Made by a program: the position numbers and the translations under genes
Notes under the pieces: generated by a model
Seen by the model: only the letters and a program-made list of their open reading frames with translations
What the model was told of the DNA's origin: nothing
The model's database searches: none
In this document: positions 1-13,743 of the stretch, piece by piece
Layout: the number at the start of each line of letters is the position of its first letter
How positions within the stretch are numbered: the first letter of the stretch is position 1
Assembly (NCBI GenBank): GCA_964016885.1
Contig: OZ024740.1
Coordinates: 4,030,001-4,094,000 of the forward strand
Direction: 5' to 3'
DNA: 64,000 nt
From: Eledone cirrhosa
Taxonomy: Eukaryota

Positions 1-5
1 AACAA

Positions 6-36
<31 letters not shown>

Positions 37-70
37 AGCAACAACAAAAACACCAGCACAAACAACAACA
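1..70. repeat. (AAC/CAG)n microsatellite
   Basis: AAC triplets with CAG interruptions at the window start. Confidence 0.9.
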
Positions 71-329
71 AATCCATAAATATATGGTAAATAAATAACA
101 CCCCTCCCCGAAACTAATTAGTATTTTCTCGTTATATCAATTGAAGTCAGTAAAACGAAGCAATTAAAAAATTTCGAATTAATCAAAGGAAGGAAATTGG
201 AGAAGAAATGAAATATTTGCTTAATTAGAGTCAATGACACTAATGTTGGATATTGAGTTCTTTCTCAAGAATACAGTGCTACATATAATACTACAGCCAC
301 TACTACAGCCACTACTACTACCTCACTAA

Positions 330-2533
330 TACCACCACTATATATACACTACCACCACTATATATACACTACCACCACTATATATACACTACCACCACTA
401 TATATATACACCACCACTATATATACACTACCACCACTATATACACACTACCACCACTATATATACACTACCACCACTATATACACTACCAGCACTATAT
501 ACACTACCACCACTATATATACACTACCACCACTATATACACACTACCACCACTATATATACACTACCACCACTATATATATACTACCACCACTATATAT
601 ACACTACCACCACTATATATACACTACCACCACTATATATATACACCACCACTATATATACACTACCACCACTATATACACACTACCACCACTATATACA
701 CTACCACCACTATATATACAGTACCACCACTATATACACTACCAGCACTATATACACTACCACCACTATATATACACTACCACCACTATATATACACTAC
801 CACCACTATATACACTACCAGCACTATATACACTACCACCACTATATACACACTACCACCACTATATACACTACCACCACTATATATACTACCACCACTA
901 TATATACACTACCACCACTATATATACACTACCACCACTATATACACACTACCACCACTATATACACTACCACCACTATATATACACTACCACCACTATA
1001 TACACTACCAGCACTATATACACTACCACCACTATATATACACTACCACCACTATATATACACTACCACCACTATATATACACTACCACCACTATATATA
1101 CACTACCACCACTATATATACACTACCACCACTATATACACTACCACCACTATATACACTACCACTACTATATACACACTACCACCACTATATATACACT
1201 ACCACACTATATACACACTACCACCACTATATACACACTACCACCACTATATATACACTACCACCACTATATATACACTACCACCACTATATATACACTA
1301 CCACCACTATATATACACTACCACCACTATATATAAACTACCACCACTATATACACTACCACCACTATATATACACTACCACCACTATATATACACTACC
1401 ACTACTATATACACACTACCACCACTATATACACACTACCACCACTATATATAAACTACCACCACTATATATAAACTACCACCACTATATATACACTACC
1501 ACCACTATATACACTACCACCACTATATACACACTACCACCACTATATACACACTACCACCACTATATATAAACTACCACCACTATATATACACTAGCAC
1601 CACTATATACACACTACCACCACTATATACACACTACCACCACTATATATATACTACCACCACTATATACACACTACCACCACTATATATAAACTACCAC
1701 CACTATATATACACTACCACCACTATATATACACTACCACCACTATATATACACTACCACCACTATATACACTACCACTACTATATACACACTACCAGCA
1801 CTATATACACTACCACCACTATATATACACTACCACCACTATATATACACTACCCCCACTATATATATACACTACCACCACTATATATACACTACCACCA
1901 CTATATATATACTACTACCACTATATACACACTACCACCACTATATACACACTACCACCACTATATATACACTACCACCACTATATATACACTACCACCA
2001 CTATATATACACTACCACCACTATATATACACTACCACCACTATATATATACTACCACCACTATATACACACTACCACCACTATATACACACTACCACCA
2101 CTATATACACTACCACCACTATATATACACTACCACCACTATATACACTACCAGCACTATATACACTACCACCACTATATACACTACCACCACTATATAT
2201 ACACTACCACCACTATATATACACTACCACCACTATATATACACTACCACCACTATATATACACTACCACCACTATATATACACTAGCACCACTATATAC
2301 ACTACCACCACTATATACACACTAGCACCACTATATACACTACCACCACTATATACACACTACCACCACTATATATACACTACCACCACTATATACACAC
2401 TACCACCACTATATACACTAGCACCACTATATACACACTACCACCACTATATACACTAGCACCACTATATACACACTAGCACCACTATATACACTACCAC
2501 CACTATATACACACTACCACCACTATATACACA
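330..2533. repeat. Minisatellite, ~20-bp unit CTACCACCACTATATATACA (18-22 bp variants), roughly 110 copies
   Basis: Direct tandem repetition; unit length varies with the number of TA dinucleotides; grades out of CTA/CCA triplets at ~290-330. Confidence 0.97.
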
Positions 2534-2837
2534 CCAACATCCACAACAACATGTTTGTGTAGTTTGTATTATTTCTGTAAATGTTTAATCAGAACAGAAC
2601 AAAGATGGCAGCTAACAGAGATTTTATAGAATCTGATTAGTTCTGATGAGAACTGAAGAATGTGATTTATTGAACATCTAATCTGATTATATATATACTT
2701 GTTGGAGACAGATAATTCCTTGGTTCTGCTTCATCTATTTCATTAAACCACACACATCACTGAACCCTTGCAGAGAAAGAGTGTGTTGAATGATGGTATA
2801 TATATGACTGGATTACCTATAACAATAATTTGTTATG

Positions 2838-3036
2838 CCATATATATATATGTATTTTCTTATATACATATATATACATATATATACATATGTATATATG
2901 TATATATATGTATATATATATATATGTATATATATGTATATATATACATATATATACATATATATGTATATATATACATATACATATATATGTATATATA
3001 TACATATATATGTATATATATGCATATATATATACA
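2838..3036. repeat. Interrupted (TA)n microsatellite
   Basis: TA run with G/C interruptions directly 5' of the LINE. Confidence 0.95.
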
Positions 3037-6000
3037 TTGAAATATGAATCTGCGAGCTACCAAGCACCCACGTGAAGCGCCAACCCAGAGACCCTCCCCT
3101 ACGAGTGTCGACAAATGCCCAAAACTCCGAGTTGGTACCATCAATGTAGGCTCAATGAAAGGAAGAGCAGGAGAAATCGTAGAAATGCTAGAGCGAAAGG
3201 AAGTTGATGTATGCTGTGTGCAAGAGACTAGATGGAGAGGAGGGTCTGCTAGAGACCTTGTAGGAAAAAGCCAGTGCTACAAATTTTTCTGGGTGGGAAA
3301 TGACGATGGGATGGGTGGTGTAGGTATACTACTAGCTGACAAGTGGGTAGATAAAGTAATCTCAGTGTACAGGGTAAATGCAAGAATCATTAAACTCAGA
3401 CTAGTCCTGAATAAGACAATTACCACAATAATATCAGCTTACGCACCCCAATCGGGGCTGCCAGACGAACTTAAGGATAGGTTTTACGAGTCCCTAATAC
3501 ACACTACTGCTCTAACAGACGACAAGGACTTCCTAATCATTGCAGGAGATTTTAACAGACACGTAGGTAAACACTGCGACGGCTTCAATAGAGTACATGG
3601 AGGCCATGGAGTTGGCACAAGGAATGAGGAAGGATTCAGACTTCTAGAATTCTGCGACGCCAATGACATGTCGATATGTAACACAAACTTTAAAAAACCC
3701 GACAACCACCTGATCACCTATAGATCAGGGGAGCACTCTAGTCAGTTAGATTTTATCCTCATCAGAGGACGTGACAGATGGACGGTCGTAAACACAAAAG
3801 CCTTCCCTAGTGAGGAATGTACATCCCAACATAGCTTAGTTGTCAGCGACCTCACGGTCAGAACTAGACGAGCCCTGAAACAGAGGCCAACCTGGAGAAG
3901 AAAGATCTGGAAGCTGAAAGTCCCCTCAACCAGTAACAGATTTAAAGATATTTTACTCAACGCCTACGACAGTAAAGAAGAACAGATAGAGACATTTAAC
4001 GTAGAAGAGAACTGGGAGTTCCTAAAAAATAACTTACTAGAGGCGACGGATGAGGTTTGTGGCTGGAGTAAGACCTCAAGCAGGAGGAGAGTGACTTGGT
4101 GGTGGAACAATAAGGTAGATGAAGCAGTCAAGGCCAAGAGACAGGCATGGAAAGAATGGAAGAACGGGGGGAGCAGGGTACATTACATAGAGACCAAGAG
4201 GGAAGCTAGGCGACAAGTATACTTAGCTAGGAGGGAAGCAGAGGATAGAAAATTCAAGCATGTTTTACAACGTGAGGACCAGAAACAGGAGGTATTCAAG
4301 ATTGCGAGGCAGTGTGTCAGAGATAGTTGTGATGTCATTGGAGAGAAGTGTATCCGGAATGATAAAGGTGAGCTTGCCCTCACAAGTGCTGAGAAGAAAG
4401 ATGCATGGAAGAGTCATTATGATAGATTACTAAATGAAGAGAATGCATGGGAAGAAGAGACCCTACCCCACGTAGACACTATAGAGGGACCAGCAGTACA
4501 AGTCAGCGGCAGCGTAGTAAGTAAGGCAATCAGAGATATGAAGATGGGGAAGGCAACAGGTCCATCGAGTATAGCTGCCGAGATGCTGAAGGCATCTGGG
4601 TCTGTAGGTCACACTATAACCACACGTATCGTTAACCAGGTAATACTAGAGGGGGCCATACCAAAAGATTGGTGCAGTAGCATCATTGTCAACTGCTACA
4701 AAGGTAAAGGCGATGCACTAGATAGAGGAAACTATAGAGGTATAAAGTTGATGGACCAGGTCATGAAAGTAACAGAAAGAATTATAGCACAGCTGATTAG
4801 GGACCGGGTGAATATAGACGAGATGCAATTTGGGTTTGTACCAGGGAAAGGCACCACTGATGCCCTCTTCCTTGTGAGGCAATTACAGGAAAAGTACCTA
4901 GCTAAAAGTAAGCCACTCTACTTGGCATTTGTCGACCTTGAGAAAGCCTTTGACAGAGTTCCACGTGCAGTAATCTGGTGGGCTCTTAGAAAACTAGGAG
5001 TAGATGAATGGCTTGTGAAAGCGGTACAAGCCATGTATAGGGGAGCAGTCAGCAAAGTTAGGATTAGCAATGAGTATAGCGAGGAATTTAGCGTACAGGT
5101 TGGGGTCCACCAGGGCTCTGTTCTTAGCCCTCTCCTGTTCATCATAGTCCTGCAGGCAATAACGGAGGAGTTTAAGACCGGATGCCCATGGGAACTCCTG
5201 TATGCTGATAACCTCGCACTCATAGCTGAATCTATGGTAGAACTAGAGAATAAATTCCAAACCTGGAAGCAGGGACTAGAGAGAAAGGGCCTCAAAGTCA
5301 ACATGACAAAGACTAAGGTCCTTATAAGTAGACGAGAAAACAGAACCCAGATCCCCTCAGGGAAATGGCCTTGCTCAGTATGTAGGAAAGGTGTAGGTAG
5401 GAACTCCATTCTCTGCCCCAAATGCAAACAATGGGTACACAAGAGATGTAGCGGGATCTCAGGAAGCTTAATTAAGAATGTAGGATTCACATGCAGCAGC
5501 TGTGCTGAAACAGCAAGCAAACAGCCACAGGAAACAAGTACCACCAATCTCTGGGAGGGCCCTGTAGAAACAGTAGACAGCTTCTGCTACCTAGGTGACC
5601 GAATTAGCAACGGAGGTGGGTGCTCAGAAAGTACAATAACTAGGGTAAGAACGGGATGGAAGAAGTTTAGGGAACTACTACCACTGCTAGCTGCAAGAGG
5701 CTTCTCCCTCAGAATGAAAGGCAGACTGTATGATGCGTGTATCCGAACAGCGATGTTGCATGGTAGTGAGACCTGGGCGCTGAAGGTGAAAGACTTACGT
5801 AGATTAGAGAGAAACGAAGCCTGCATGCTCCGATGGATGTGTAACAGTAATATACGTGAACGACAAAGCATAAAGAAATTGAGAGAGAGACTGAGCATAA
5901 GAGGAATCAAATGCTGCGTGCAGGAGAGGCGGTTACGCTGGTATGGACATGTGATGCGTATGAAGGATGACAGCTGCATAAAAAGGTGCAGAGCATTAGA

Positions 6001-6465
6001 AGTTGATGGAAACCGCGGAGTGGGGAGACCCAAGATGACTTGGGATGAGGTGATAAAAGCCGACCTTACCCAACTACACCTCTCAAAGACAATGACACAC
6101 GACCGTGACTTCTGGCGTCACGCAGTAATACAGGGTACCCGACCTCCCATGAGTACATGCTGAAGCATATAAACAATATGCCCCCACTCCCCCCACCGCA
6201 AGGTGGTCGTGAAGGTGCCACGGCAAAAAAGCACCCAGCCCACACTGTAAAGTGGACGTGTAGGCGCCACGAAAAAGCACCCAGCACTCACTGTAAATGA
6301 GGTTGGTGTTAGGAAGGGCATCCAGCTGTAGAAATCAAGCCAGATCAGTTCCTGTATGAGCAAGGCATGGTCAGCCGACCAGACACTGCCCACAACAGGA
6401 CAACCCGTCTAACCCATGCTAGCGTGGAAGAACGGACGTAAAACGGTGATGATGATGATGATGAT
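3037..6465 (+). mobile_element. RTE-clade non-LTR retrotransposon (family RTE-A), near full coding length, (GAT)n tail
   Basis: APE+RT ORF, ~300-bp 3' UTR ending GGACGTAAAACGGT(GAT)n; TA runs on both sides; no 5' UTR visible. Confidence 0.93.
3044..6163 (+). CDS. RTE ORF: apurinic endonuclease + reverse transcriptase with embedded PHD-like finger (1039 aa; catalytic motif reads YADN)
   Basis: APE motifs GTINV, CVQETRW, SAYAPQ, GDFN, LDFIL, SQH; RT motifs [33 protein letters not shown]; RTE C-terminus [17 protein letters not shown]. Confidence 0.92.
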   Translation: MNLRATKHPREAPTQRPSPTSVDKCPKLRVGTINVGSMKGRAGEIVEMLERKEVDVCCVQETRWRGGSARDLVGKSQCYKFFWVGNDDGMGGVGILLADKWVDKVISVYRVNARIIKLRLVLNKTITTIISAYAPQSGLPDELKDRFYESLIHTTALTDDKDFLIIAGDFNRHVGKHCDGFNRVHGGHGVGTRNEEGFRLLEFCDANDMSICNTNFKKPDNHLITYRSGEHSSQLDFILIRGRDRWTVVNTKAFPSEECTSQHSLVVSDLTVRTRRALKQRPTWRRKIWKLKVPSTSNRFKDILLNAYDSKEEQIETFNVEENWEFLKNNLLEATDEVCGWSKTSSRRRVTWWWNNKVDEAVKAKRQAWKEWKNGGSRVHYIETKREARRQVYLARREAEDRKFKHVLQREDQKQEVFKIARQCVRDSCDVIGEKCIRNDKGELALTSAEKKDAWKSHYDRLLNEENAWEEETLPHVDTIEGPAVQVSGSVVSKAIRDMKMGKATGPSSIAAEMLKASGSVGHTITTRIVNQVILEGAIPKDWCSSIIVNCYKGKGDALDRGNYRGIKLMDQVMKVTERIIAQLIRDRVNIDEMQFGFVPGKGTTDALFLVRQLQEKYLAKSKPLYLAFVDLEKAFDRVPRAVIWWALRKLGVDEWLVKAVQAMYRGAVSKVRISNEYSEEFSVQVGVHQGSVLSPLLFIIVLQAITEEFKTGCPWELLYADNLALIAESMVELENKFQTWKQGLERKGLKVNMTKTKVLISRRENRTQIPSGKWPCSVCRKGVGRNSILCPKCKQWVHKRCSGISGSLIKNVGFTCSSCAETASKQPQETSTTNLWEGPVETVDSFCYLGDRISNGGGCSESTITRVRTGWKKFRELLPLLAARGFSLRMKGRLYDACIRTAMLHGSETWALKVKDLRRLERNEACMLRWMCNSNIRERQSIKKLRERLSIRGIKCCVQERRLRWYGHVMRMKDDSCIKRCRALEVDGNRGVGRPKMTWDEVIKADLTQLHLSKTMTHDRDFWRHAVIQGTRPPMSTC

Positions 6466-6485
6466 ATATATATACATAGTCTATT

Positions 6486-7628
6486 CTAGGGCGGGTAAAA
6501 TTCCCGAGATCCATGGACGAGTTCTCTCCAGTGGTCTCTGTCCCTCATTATCGCTGCCATATCCTGCGTCTCCAACAGACTAGTGTCTGTCCTTAGAGCA
6601 TCAACATACGTTAACCTTGATCTTACTCTTCCAGTGTGTCCATGTAGGGGCTCTCACAGGAGCACTGAGTGCAATGTCAACTCTGGAGGTTGGTGAGCAT
6701 GTCCAGCTAACCTCAGTATCCTCCTGTGTCACTTTTGAGCTAACCTTTGATGCTAAGGAGGATATTAGAGGGAGCTAGAGCAAAGTGCCTTCCTGCGGTC
6801 ATGGTTTTCATTGACTTTAGGAAGGGTTTTCATTCTGTGGACCGTCACTGCCTGATGAATATCTTACAGGCTTATGGATTCCCCAAGAAGTTAGTGGACC
6901 TGATATCACTGCTATATATCAACACCAAAGCCCAAGTCATTACACCTGATGGGATGACAGTGTTCTTTGAGATACTCCGGGGAGATACATTCGCTCCCTA
7001 CCTTTTAATCATCGTAGTGGACTATTGTATGCACTTTGCACTGGAAAAACACCAGGACTCTGGCTTTACTGTAGCACCGGCTCAGAGCAGGAGAGTTAAG
7101 ATGCAAAAGATATCAGATGCTGAATTTGCCGACGACATAGTTTTGGTGACAAATACAGTGAAGTAGGCCGAGGATTTGATGCAGGAGGTTGAGACTGTGT
7201 CGATGAGTGTGGGGCTGAGAATGAGACTAAAACAAAATATCTGGTAGAGAATATTGAGAAGCCAGAGGGGATCACTAATGTAGGCAGGAAGCTGCTAGAA
7301 TTGGTTGAGGACTTCTGTATTTGGGAGTAAAGATTGGGAATATGGAAGATGATGTGGTTGAGAGGAAGAGCAAAGCCTGGGCAACGTGCCACAGCTTGAG
7401 ATCGGTGTGGAAGTTGGACCTTCGAAAAGACCTGAAAATCCGCCTCTGTAGTGGACTCTGTGCTGCACTACGGGTCTGAGACTTGGACACTGACCAAGAA
7501 ACTCACTCAGATGGTGGATGGGTGCTACACGAGAATACTGAGGATGGCTCTGAACATTAATCAGTATACACTGCGGATGAAACACTCAAAGCTGTATGGG
7601 CGCCTCCCAAAAGTTAGCTCAAATGTGA
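6486..7628 (-). mobile_element. Decayed RTE-like LINE, second family (RTE-B), with 5' inversion
   Basis: 6486-6746 is the 3' end on minus (reverse complement of ~20090-20349); 6747-7628 is the upstream RT part on plus (FIDFRKGF, GDTFAPY, FADD, YGSETW) with stops and frameshifts. Confidence 0.85.
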
Positions 7629-8029
7629 TATCATCATCATCATCATCATCATCACTGTTTTATTACCGTTCTTCCACGCTAGCATGGGTTTGACGGGTTG
7701 TCCTATTGTGGACAGTGTCCGGTCAGCTGACCTTGTCTTGCTCATACGGGATCTGATTCTGGCTTGATTGCTACAGCTGGATGCCCTTCCTAACACCAAC
7801 CTCATTTACAGTGAGTGCTGGGTGCTTTTTTACCGTGGCGCCTACATGTCCACTTTACTGTGGAATGATAGAGATGACAGTTCCTATCATCTCATTTCTA
7901 CAGCTGAGTAAACTGGAGCAATGTGAAATAAAGTGTCTTGCTCAAGGAAACAACACATCACCCGTTCCGAGAATTGAACTCACACCTTTCGATTGCAAGC
8001 CCAATGCTCTAACCACTAAGCCATGCACC
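7629..8029 (-). mobile_element. tRNA-derived CORE-like SINE with long RTE-A-type 3' tail
   Basis: Head GGTGCATGGCTTAGTGGTTAGAGC (A box) and GAGTTCAATTC (B box); CCTTGAGCAAGACACTT...CAGTTTACTCAGCTGTAGAAATG resembles the CORE domain; tail matches the RTE-A 3' UTR and ends in (GAT)n. Confidence 0.85.
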
Positions 8030-8031
8030 TG

Positions 8032-8063
<32 letters not shown>

Positions 8064-8090
8064 CATATATATATATATACATATATATAC

Positions 8091-8284
8091 TGCAAAGTGG
8101 TTGTTCCACTGCAAAGTGGTTGTGGAGGTGCCACGGCAAAAAAAAAGCACCCAGCGCTCACTGTAAATGAGGTTGGTGTTAGGAAGGGCATCCAGCTGTA
8201 GAAATCAAGCCAGAATCAGTTCCCGTCCCACCCTTGCAAGCAGGGAAAAAGCGGACGTAAAATGAAATGATGATGATGATGATG

Positions 8285-8286
<2 letters not shown>
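8091..8286 (+). mobile_element. 5'-truncated CORE-like SINE (tail only)
   Basis: Matches the 3' half of the SINE at 17069-17412; (GAT)n tail. Confidence 0.8.
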
Positions 8287-8320
<34 letters not shown>

Positions 8321-8321
<1 letters not shown>

Positions 8322-9780
8322 GGGTAAAGGAGATGCCCTAGATAGGGGATACTATAGAGTCATTAAACTAATTGACCAGGTCATGAAGGTCACAGAAAAA
8401 GTAATAGCGCAACTAATCAGAGAGCGAATTGATCTAGATGAAATGCAGTTCGGGTTTGTGTCAGGTAAAAGTACAACAGACGCTCTTTTCATTGTACGAC
8501 AACTACAGGAGAAGTATCTAGCTAAAAGTAAACCCCTATACTTAGCTTTTGTTGACTTGGAGAAATCCTTTGACAGAGTCCCACGCTCCATTATCTTGTG
8601 GGCTCTCAGAAAACTAGGTGTTGATGAATGGCTTGTGAGAGCTATACAAGCCATGTATAAAGAAACAGTCAGTAAGTTTAGAATTAACAATGAATATTGT
8701 GAAGATTTTAGCGTAAAAGTTGGTGTTCATCAGGGTTCCGTGCTTAGCCCCCTACTATTTATTATTGCCCTTCAGGCTATAACAGAGAAGTTCAAGACCG
8801 GCTGCCCATGGGAACTTCTATACGCAGATGATCTAACGCTTATAGCTGAATCAATGGCTGAACTAGAGAGGAAATTCCAAACATGGAAGCATGGCCTTGA
8901 ATCAAAAGGCCTTAAAATTAACCTGTCTAAGACTAAAGTTCTAGTTTGTAGGAAGGAAAATAGGGCACTGGTGCCATCTGGGAAATGGCCATGCTCAGTG
9001 TGTAGGAAAGGCGTAGGTAGAAACTCCATTTTATGTTCCAAATGCAAAGTATGGGTGCATAATAGATGTAGTGGGATCACAGGTAAGCTAATTAAGAATA
9101 TAGATGTTATATGTGGCCGGTGCTCAGGTGCAATAAGTAGCATCAAGTGTCTACAGAATACTAGCTCATTCCAGTGCACAAATGGTTCTATAGAAATAGT
9201 TGACACCTTCCGTTACTTGGGTGACAAAATCAGCAGTGGTGGAGGGTGCTCTGAAAGTACAGTAGCTAGCGTCAGAACTGGATGGAAGAAGTTCAGAGAG
9301 CTTATACCACTATTGGCCGCTAAAGGGTTCTCTCTAAAAATGAAAGGCAGGTTGTATGATGCCTGCATAGGAACAGCAATGTTACATGGCAGTGAGACTT
9401 GGGCATTGTGTTCAGAGGATATACGCACACTGGAGAGGAACGAAGCTTGCATGCTCCGCTGGATGTGTAATAGTAATATACGTGAACGGCAAAGCATAAA
9501 CGAACTAAGGGAGAAATTAGAAATAAGAGGGATCAGATGTTTACTTGAGAGAAAACTAATTTGGTATGGTCACGTGATGCACATGAAAGACGACAGCTGT
9601 ATAAAAAAGTGCAGGGCGATAAAAATAGACGGTAGCCACGGAGTAGGCAGACCCAGAAAAACCTGGGACGACTTGATAAATCCCGACCTCACACACTTAC
9701 ACCTCTCCAAGACAATGTCACTGGACAGAGATCTTTGGCGTTACACAGTAATACAGAAGACCTGCCTTGCCTAAGTACAA
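8321..9780 (+). mobile_element. RTE-A subfamily fragment (RT, PHD-like finger, C-terminus); ORF 8383-9774
   Basis: 463-aa ORF homologous to 3044-6163 with YADD; 5'-truncated at a TA run; no 3' UTR. Confidence 0.92.
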
Positions 9781-10385
9781 GTAGGTTTCGCTTTGTACTT
9801 AGGCAAGGCAGGTCTTCTGTATTACTGTGTAGTGCCAAAGATCTCGGTCCAGTGACATTGTCTTGGAGAGGTGTAAGTGTATGAGGTCGGGATTTATCAA
9901 GTCGTCCCAGGTTTTTCTGGGTCTGCCTACTCCGTGGCTACCGTCTATTTTTATCGCCCTGCACTTTTTTATACAGCTGTCGTCTTTCATGCACATCACG
10001 TGACCGTACCAACGTAGTCTTCTCTCGAGTAAATTACATCTGATCCCTCTTATTTCTAATTTCTCCCTTAGCTCGTTTATGCTTTGCCGTTCACGTATAT
10101 TACTATTACACATCCAGCGGAGCATGCAAGCTTCGTTCCTCTCAAGTCTGCGTATATCCTCTGCACACAATGCCCAGGTCTCACTGCCATGTAACATTGC
10201 TGTTCGTATGCAGGCATCATACAGCCTGCCTTTCATTTTTAGGGAGAACCCTTTAGCGGCCATTAGTGGTATAAGCTCTCTGAACTTTTTCCATCCAGTT
10301 CTGACTCTGGCTACTGTACTTTCAGAACACCCCCCCCCCCACACACACACACTGCTGATTTTGTCACCCAGGTAATGGAAGGTGT
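9781..10385 (-). mobile_element. Inverted RTE-A subfamily fragment, tail-to-tail with 8321-9780
   Basis: Reverse complement of ~9200-9780; junction AAGTACAA-gtaggtttcgct-TTGTACTT. Confidence 0.9.
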
Positions 10386-10706
<321 letters not shown>

Positions 10707-12799
10707 TATCATCATCATCATCATCATCAACGTTTAACGTCCGTGTTCCACGCTTGCATGGGTTTGGACGGGGGTAGTCCCACTTGAGGCAAGAGTGATT
10801 GTCTTGCTCGCATAGGACTGTCTGGCAGGTTTTCTACAGTTGGATGCCCTTCCTAACACCAACCACATTTACAGTGTGGGTCTGGGAGGTTTTTACCGTG
10901 TTGCCTACACGGCCACATTACAGCGTGGACTGTGTGTTTTTTTGTCGTGACACCTACACGATCTCATTTGTTTCGGCCCGGATGGCGCGGCACCAACATA
11001 ACTTTACATAGGACGGGGTGGTGTGGATGGGGTGGGGGTGGTGGTGGTGGGACGGGGTGTATTTTGTTAGAGATGCCTACTGGCAAGGCGGGTCTTCTCT
11101 GTTACTGAGTACCGCCAAAGGTCTCGGTCCAGTGACATTGTCTTGGAGAGGTGTAAGTGTGTGAGGTCGGAGTTTATCAGCTCGTCCCAGGTTTTTCTAG
11201 GTCTGCCTATTCCGTGGCTACCGTCTATCTTTATTGCCCTGCACTTTGTTATACAGCTATCGACTTTCATGCGCATCACGTGTCCATACCAACGTAGCCT
11301 TCTCTCGAGTAAACAACATCTGATCCCTCTTATCTCTAATTTTTTCCTTAGTTCGTTTATGCTTTGCCGTTCACGTATATTACTGTTACACATCCAGCGG
11401 AGCATGCAAGCTTCGTTCCTCTCTAGTCTGCGTATATCCTCTGCACACAATGCCCAGGTCTCACTGCCATGCAACATTGCTGTTCGTATGCAGGCATCGT
11501 ACAACCTGCCTTTCATTTTTAGGGAGAACCCTTTAGCAGCTAATAGTGGTATAAGCTCTCTGAACTTTTTCCAACCAGTTCTGACTCTAGCTACAGTACT
11601 TTCAGAGCACCCTCCCCCACTGCTGATTTTATCGCCCAGGTAACGGAAGCTGTCCACTATTTCTATAGAACCCTCTGCGCAATTGAAAGAGCTAGTATTG
11701 TGTGGGCACTTGCTGCTACTTATTGCACCAGAACACCGGCCACATGTAAAATCTATGTTCTTAGTTAGCTTACCTGTGATCCCACTACATCTTTTATGCA
11801 CCCATACTTTGCATTTAGGACACAAAATGGAGTTTCTACCTACGCCTTTCCTACACACCGAGCACGACCATTTCCCAGAAGGGACCGCCGCCTTGTTTTC
11901 TTTCCTACAAACTAGAACTTTGGTCTTAGCCAGGTTAATTTTAAGTCCTTTTGACTCTAGGCCGTGCTTCCATGTTTGGAATTTCTTCTCTAGCTCGGCC
12001 ATTGATTCCGCTATGAGTGTCAGGTCGTCTGCGTATAGGAGTTCCCATGGGCAGCCTGTCTTGAACTCCTCTGTTATAGCCTGAAGGGCAATTATAAATA
12101 GTAGGGGGCTGAGAACAGAGCCCTGATGGACGCCAACTTTTACGCTAAACTCTTCACTATATTCGTTGTTAATTCTAACCTTGCTGACTGTTTCTTTATA
12201 CATGGCTTGTATAGCCCTCACAAGCCATTCGTCAACGCCTAGTTTTCTAAGAGCCCACCAGATAATGGAGCGGGGGACTCTGTCGAAGGCTTTCTCCAAG
12301 TCGACAAAAGCTAAGTAGAGGGGTTTACCTTTAGCTAGGTACTTCTCCTGTAGTTGTCGTACTATGAAAAGAGCGTCTGTGGTATTTTTGCCTGACACAA
12401 ACCCGAACTGCATTTCATCTAGGTCAATTCTCTCTCTGATTAGTTGCGCTATTACTTTTTCTGTGACCTTCATGACCTGGTCGATTAATTTAATGCCTCT
12501 ATAGTTACTCCTATCTAGGGCGTCTCCTTTACCCTTATAACAGTTAACGATGATGCTGCTATGCCAGTCCTTCGGAACAACCCCATTCTGTACGACTTGG
12601 TTAACTATGCGGGTGACCATGGTGTGTCCCACCGTGCCAGATGCCTTCAGCATCTCAGCAACTATTTCCGAAGGCCCAGCCGCCTTACCTGTCTTCATAT
12701 CCTTGATTGCCTTACTTATTATACTCCCCTCGACTAACACTGCTGGTCCCTCTATTGGGTCGACATGGGGGAGACTGTCTTTCTCCCATTTATTCTCCT

Positions 12800-12800
<1 letters not shown>
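10707..12800 (-). mobile_element. 5'-truncated RTE-A subfamily copy with open RT frame (11067-12800) and complete 3' UTR/(GAT)n tail
   Basis: Uninterrupted RT frame with YADD and the PHD-like finger; (ATC)n at 10707-10728; the N-terminal IY-rich part of the listed ORF is microsatellite. Confidence 0.93.
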
Positions 12801-13209
<409 letters not shown>

Positions 13210-13249
13210 TATATATATATGTTTATATATATATATGTATATATATATT

Positions 13250-13334
<85 letters not shown>

Positions 13335-13348
13335 GTATACATATATAT

Positions 13349-13560
13349 ATAAGTATGTACACGTACATACATACATGCATACAGACGTACAGTAGTATGT
13401 ATATATATATATATACATACATGCACACATATATATATGTACGTATGGATTTACCGAACATGTACGTCTGTATGCATGTATGTATGTACGTGTACATACT
13501 TATATTTAAGTAACAGCCGTACTAAGAGTGGGAAATGAAATTTCGTTTCATTTTTTCCGC
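13349..13560. mobile_element. Partial, internally inverted copy of the retrozyme-like family at 25537-26090
   Basis: Shares TACTTATATTTAAGTAACAGCCGTACTAAGAGTGGGAAATGAAATT..GTTTCATTTTTTCCG with 25660-25725; the first part is its inverted copy. Confidence 0.75.
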
Positions 13561-13583
13561 TTAACATATATAGATACATATAA

Positions 13584-13664
<81 letters not shown>

Positions 13665-13670
13665 TATACA

Positions 13671-13741
<71 letters not shown>

Positions 13742-13743
<2 letters not shown>

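Noticed and set aside
330-2533. Telomeric repeat
   Set aside because: Unit is 18-22 bp and variable, not TTAGGG-like, and is internal to the sequence
2643-2660. CTGATGA and CTGAAGA motifs
   Set aside because: No properly placed stem II, GAAA or stem III
2768-3144. IY/YI-rich ORFs here and at 10.3-10.7, 12.7-13.8, 16.7-17.1, 47.3-47.9 and 60-61 kb
   Set aside because: Translations of TA/CA microsatellites, which lack stop codons
4918-6033. Antisense ORFs over RTE, CR1 and PLE coding regions
   Set aside because: Shadow frames of the sense ORFs without recognisable motifs
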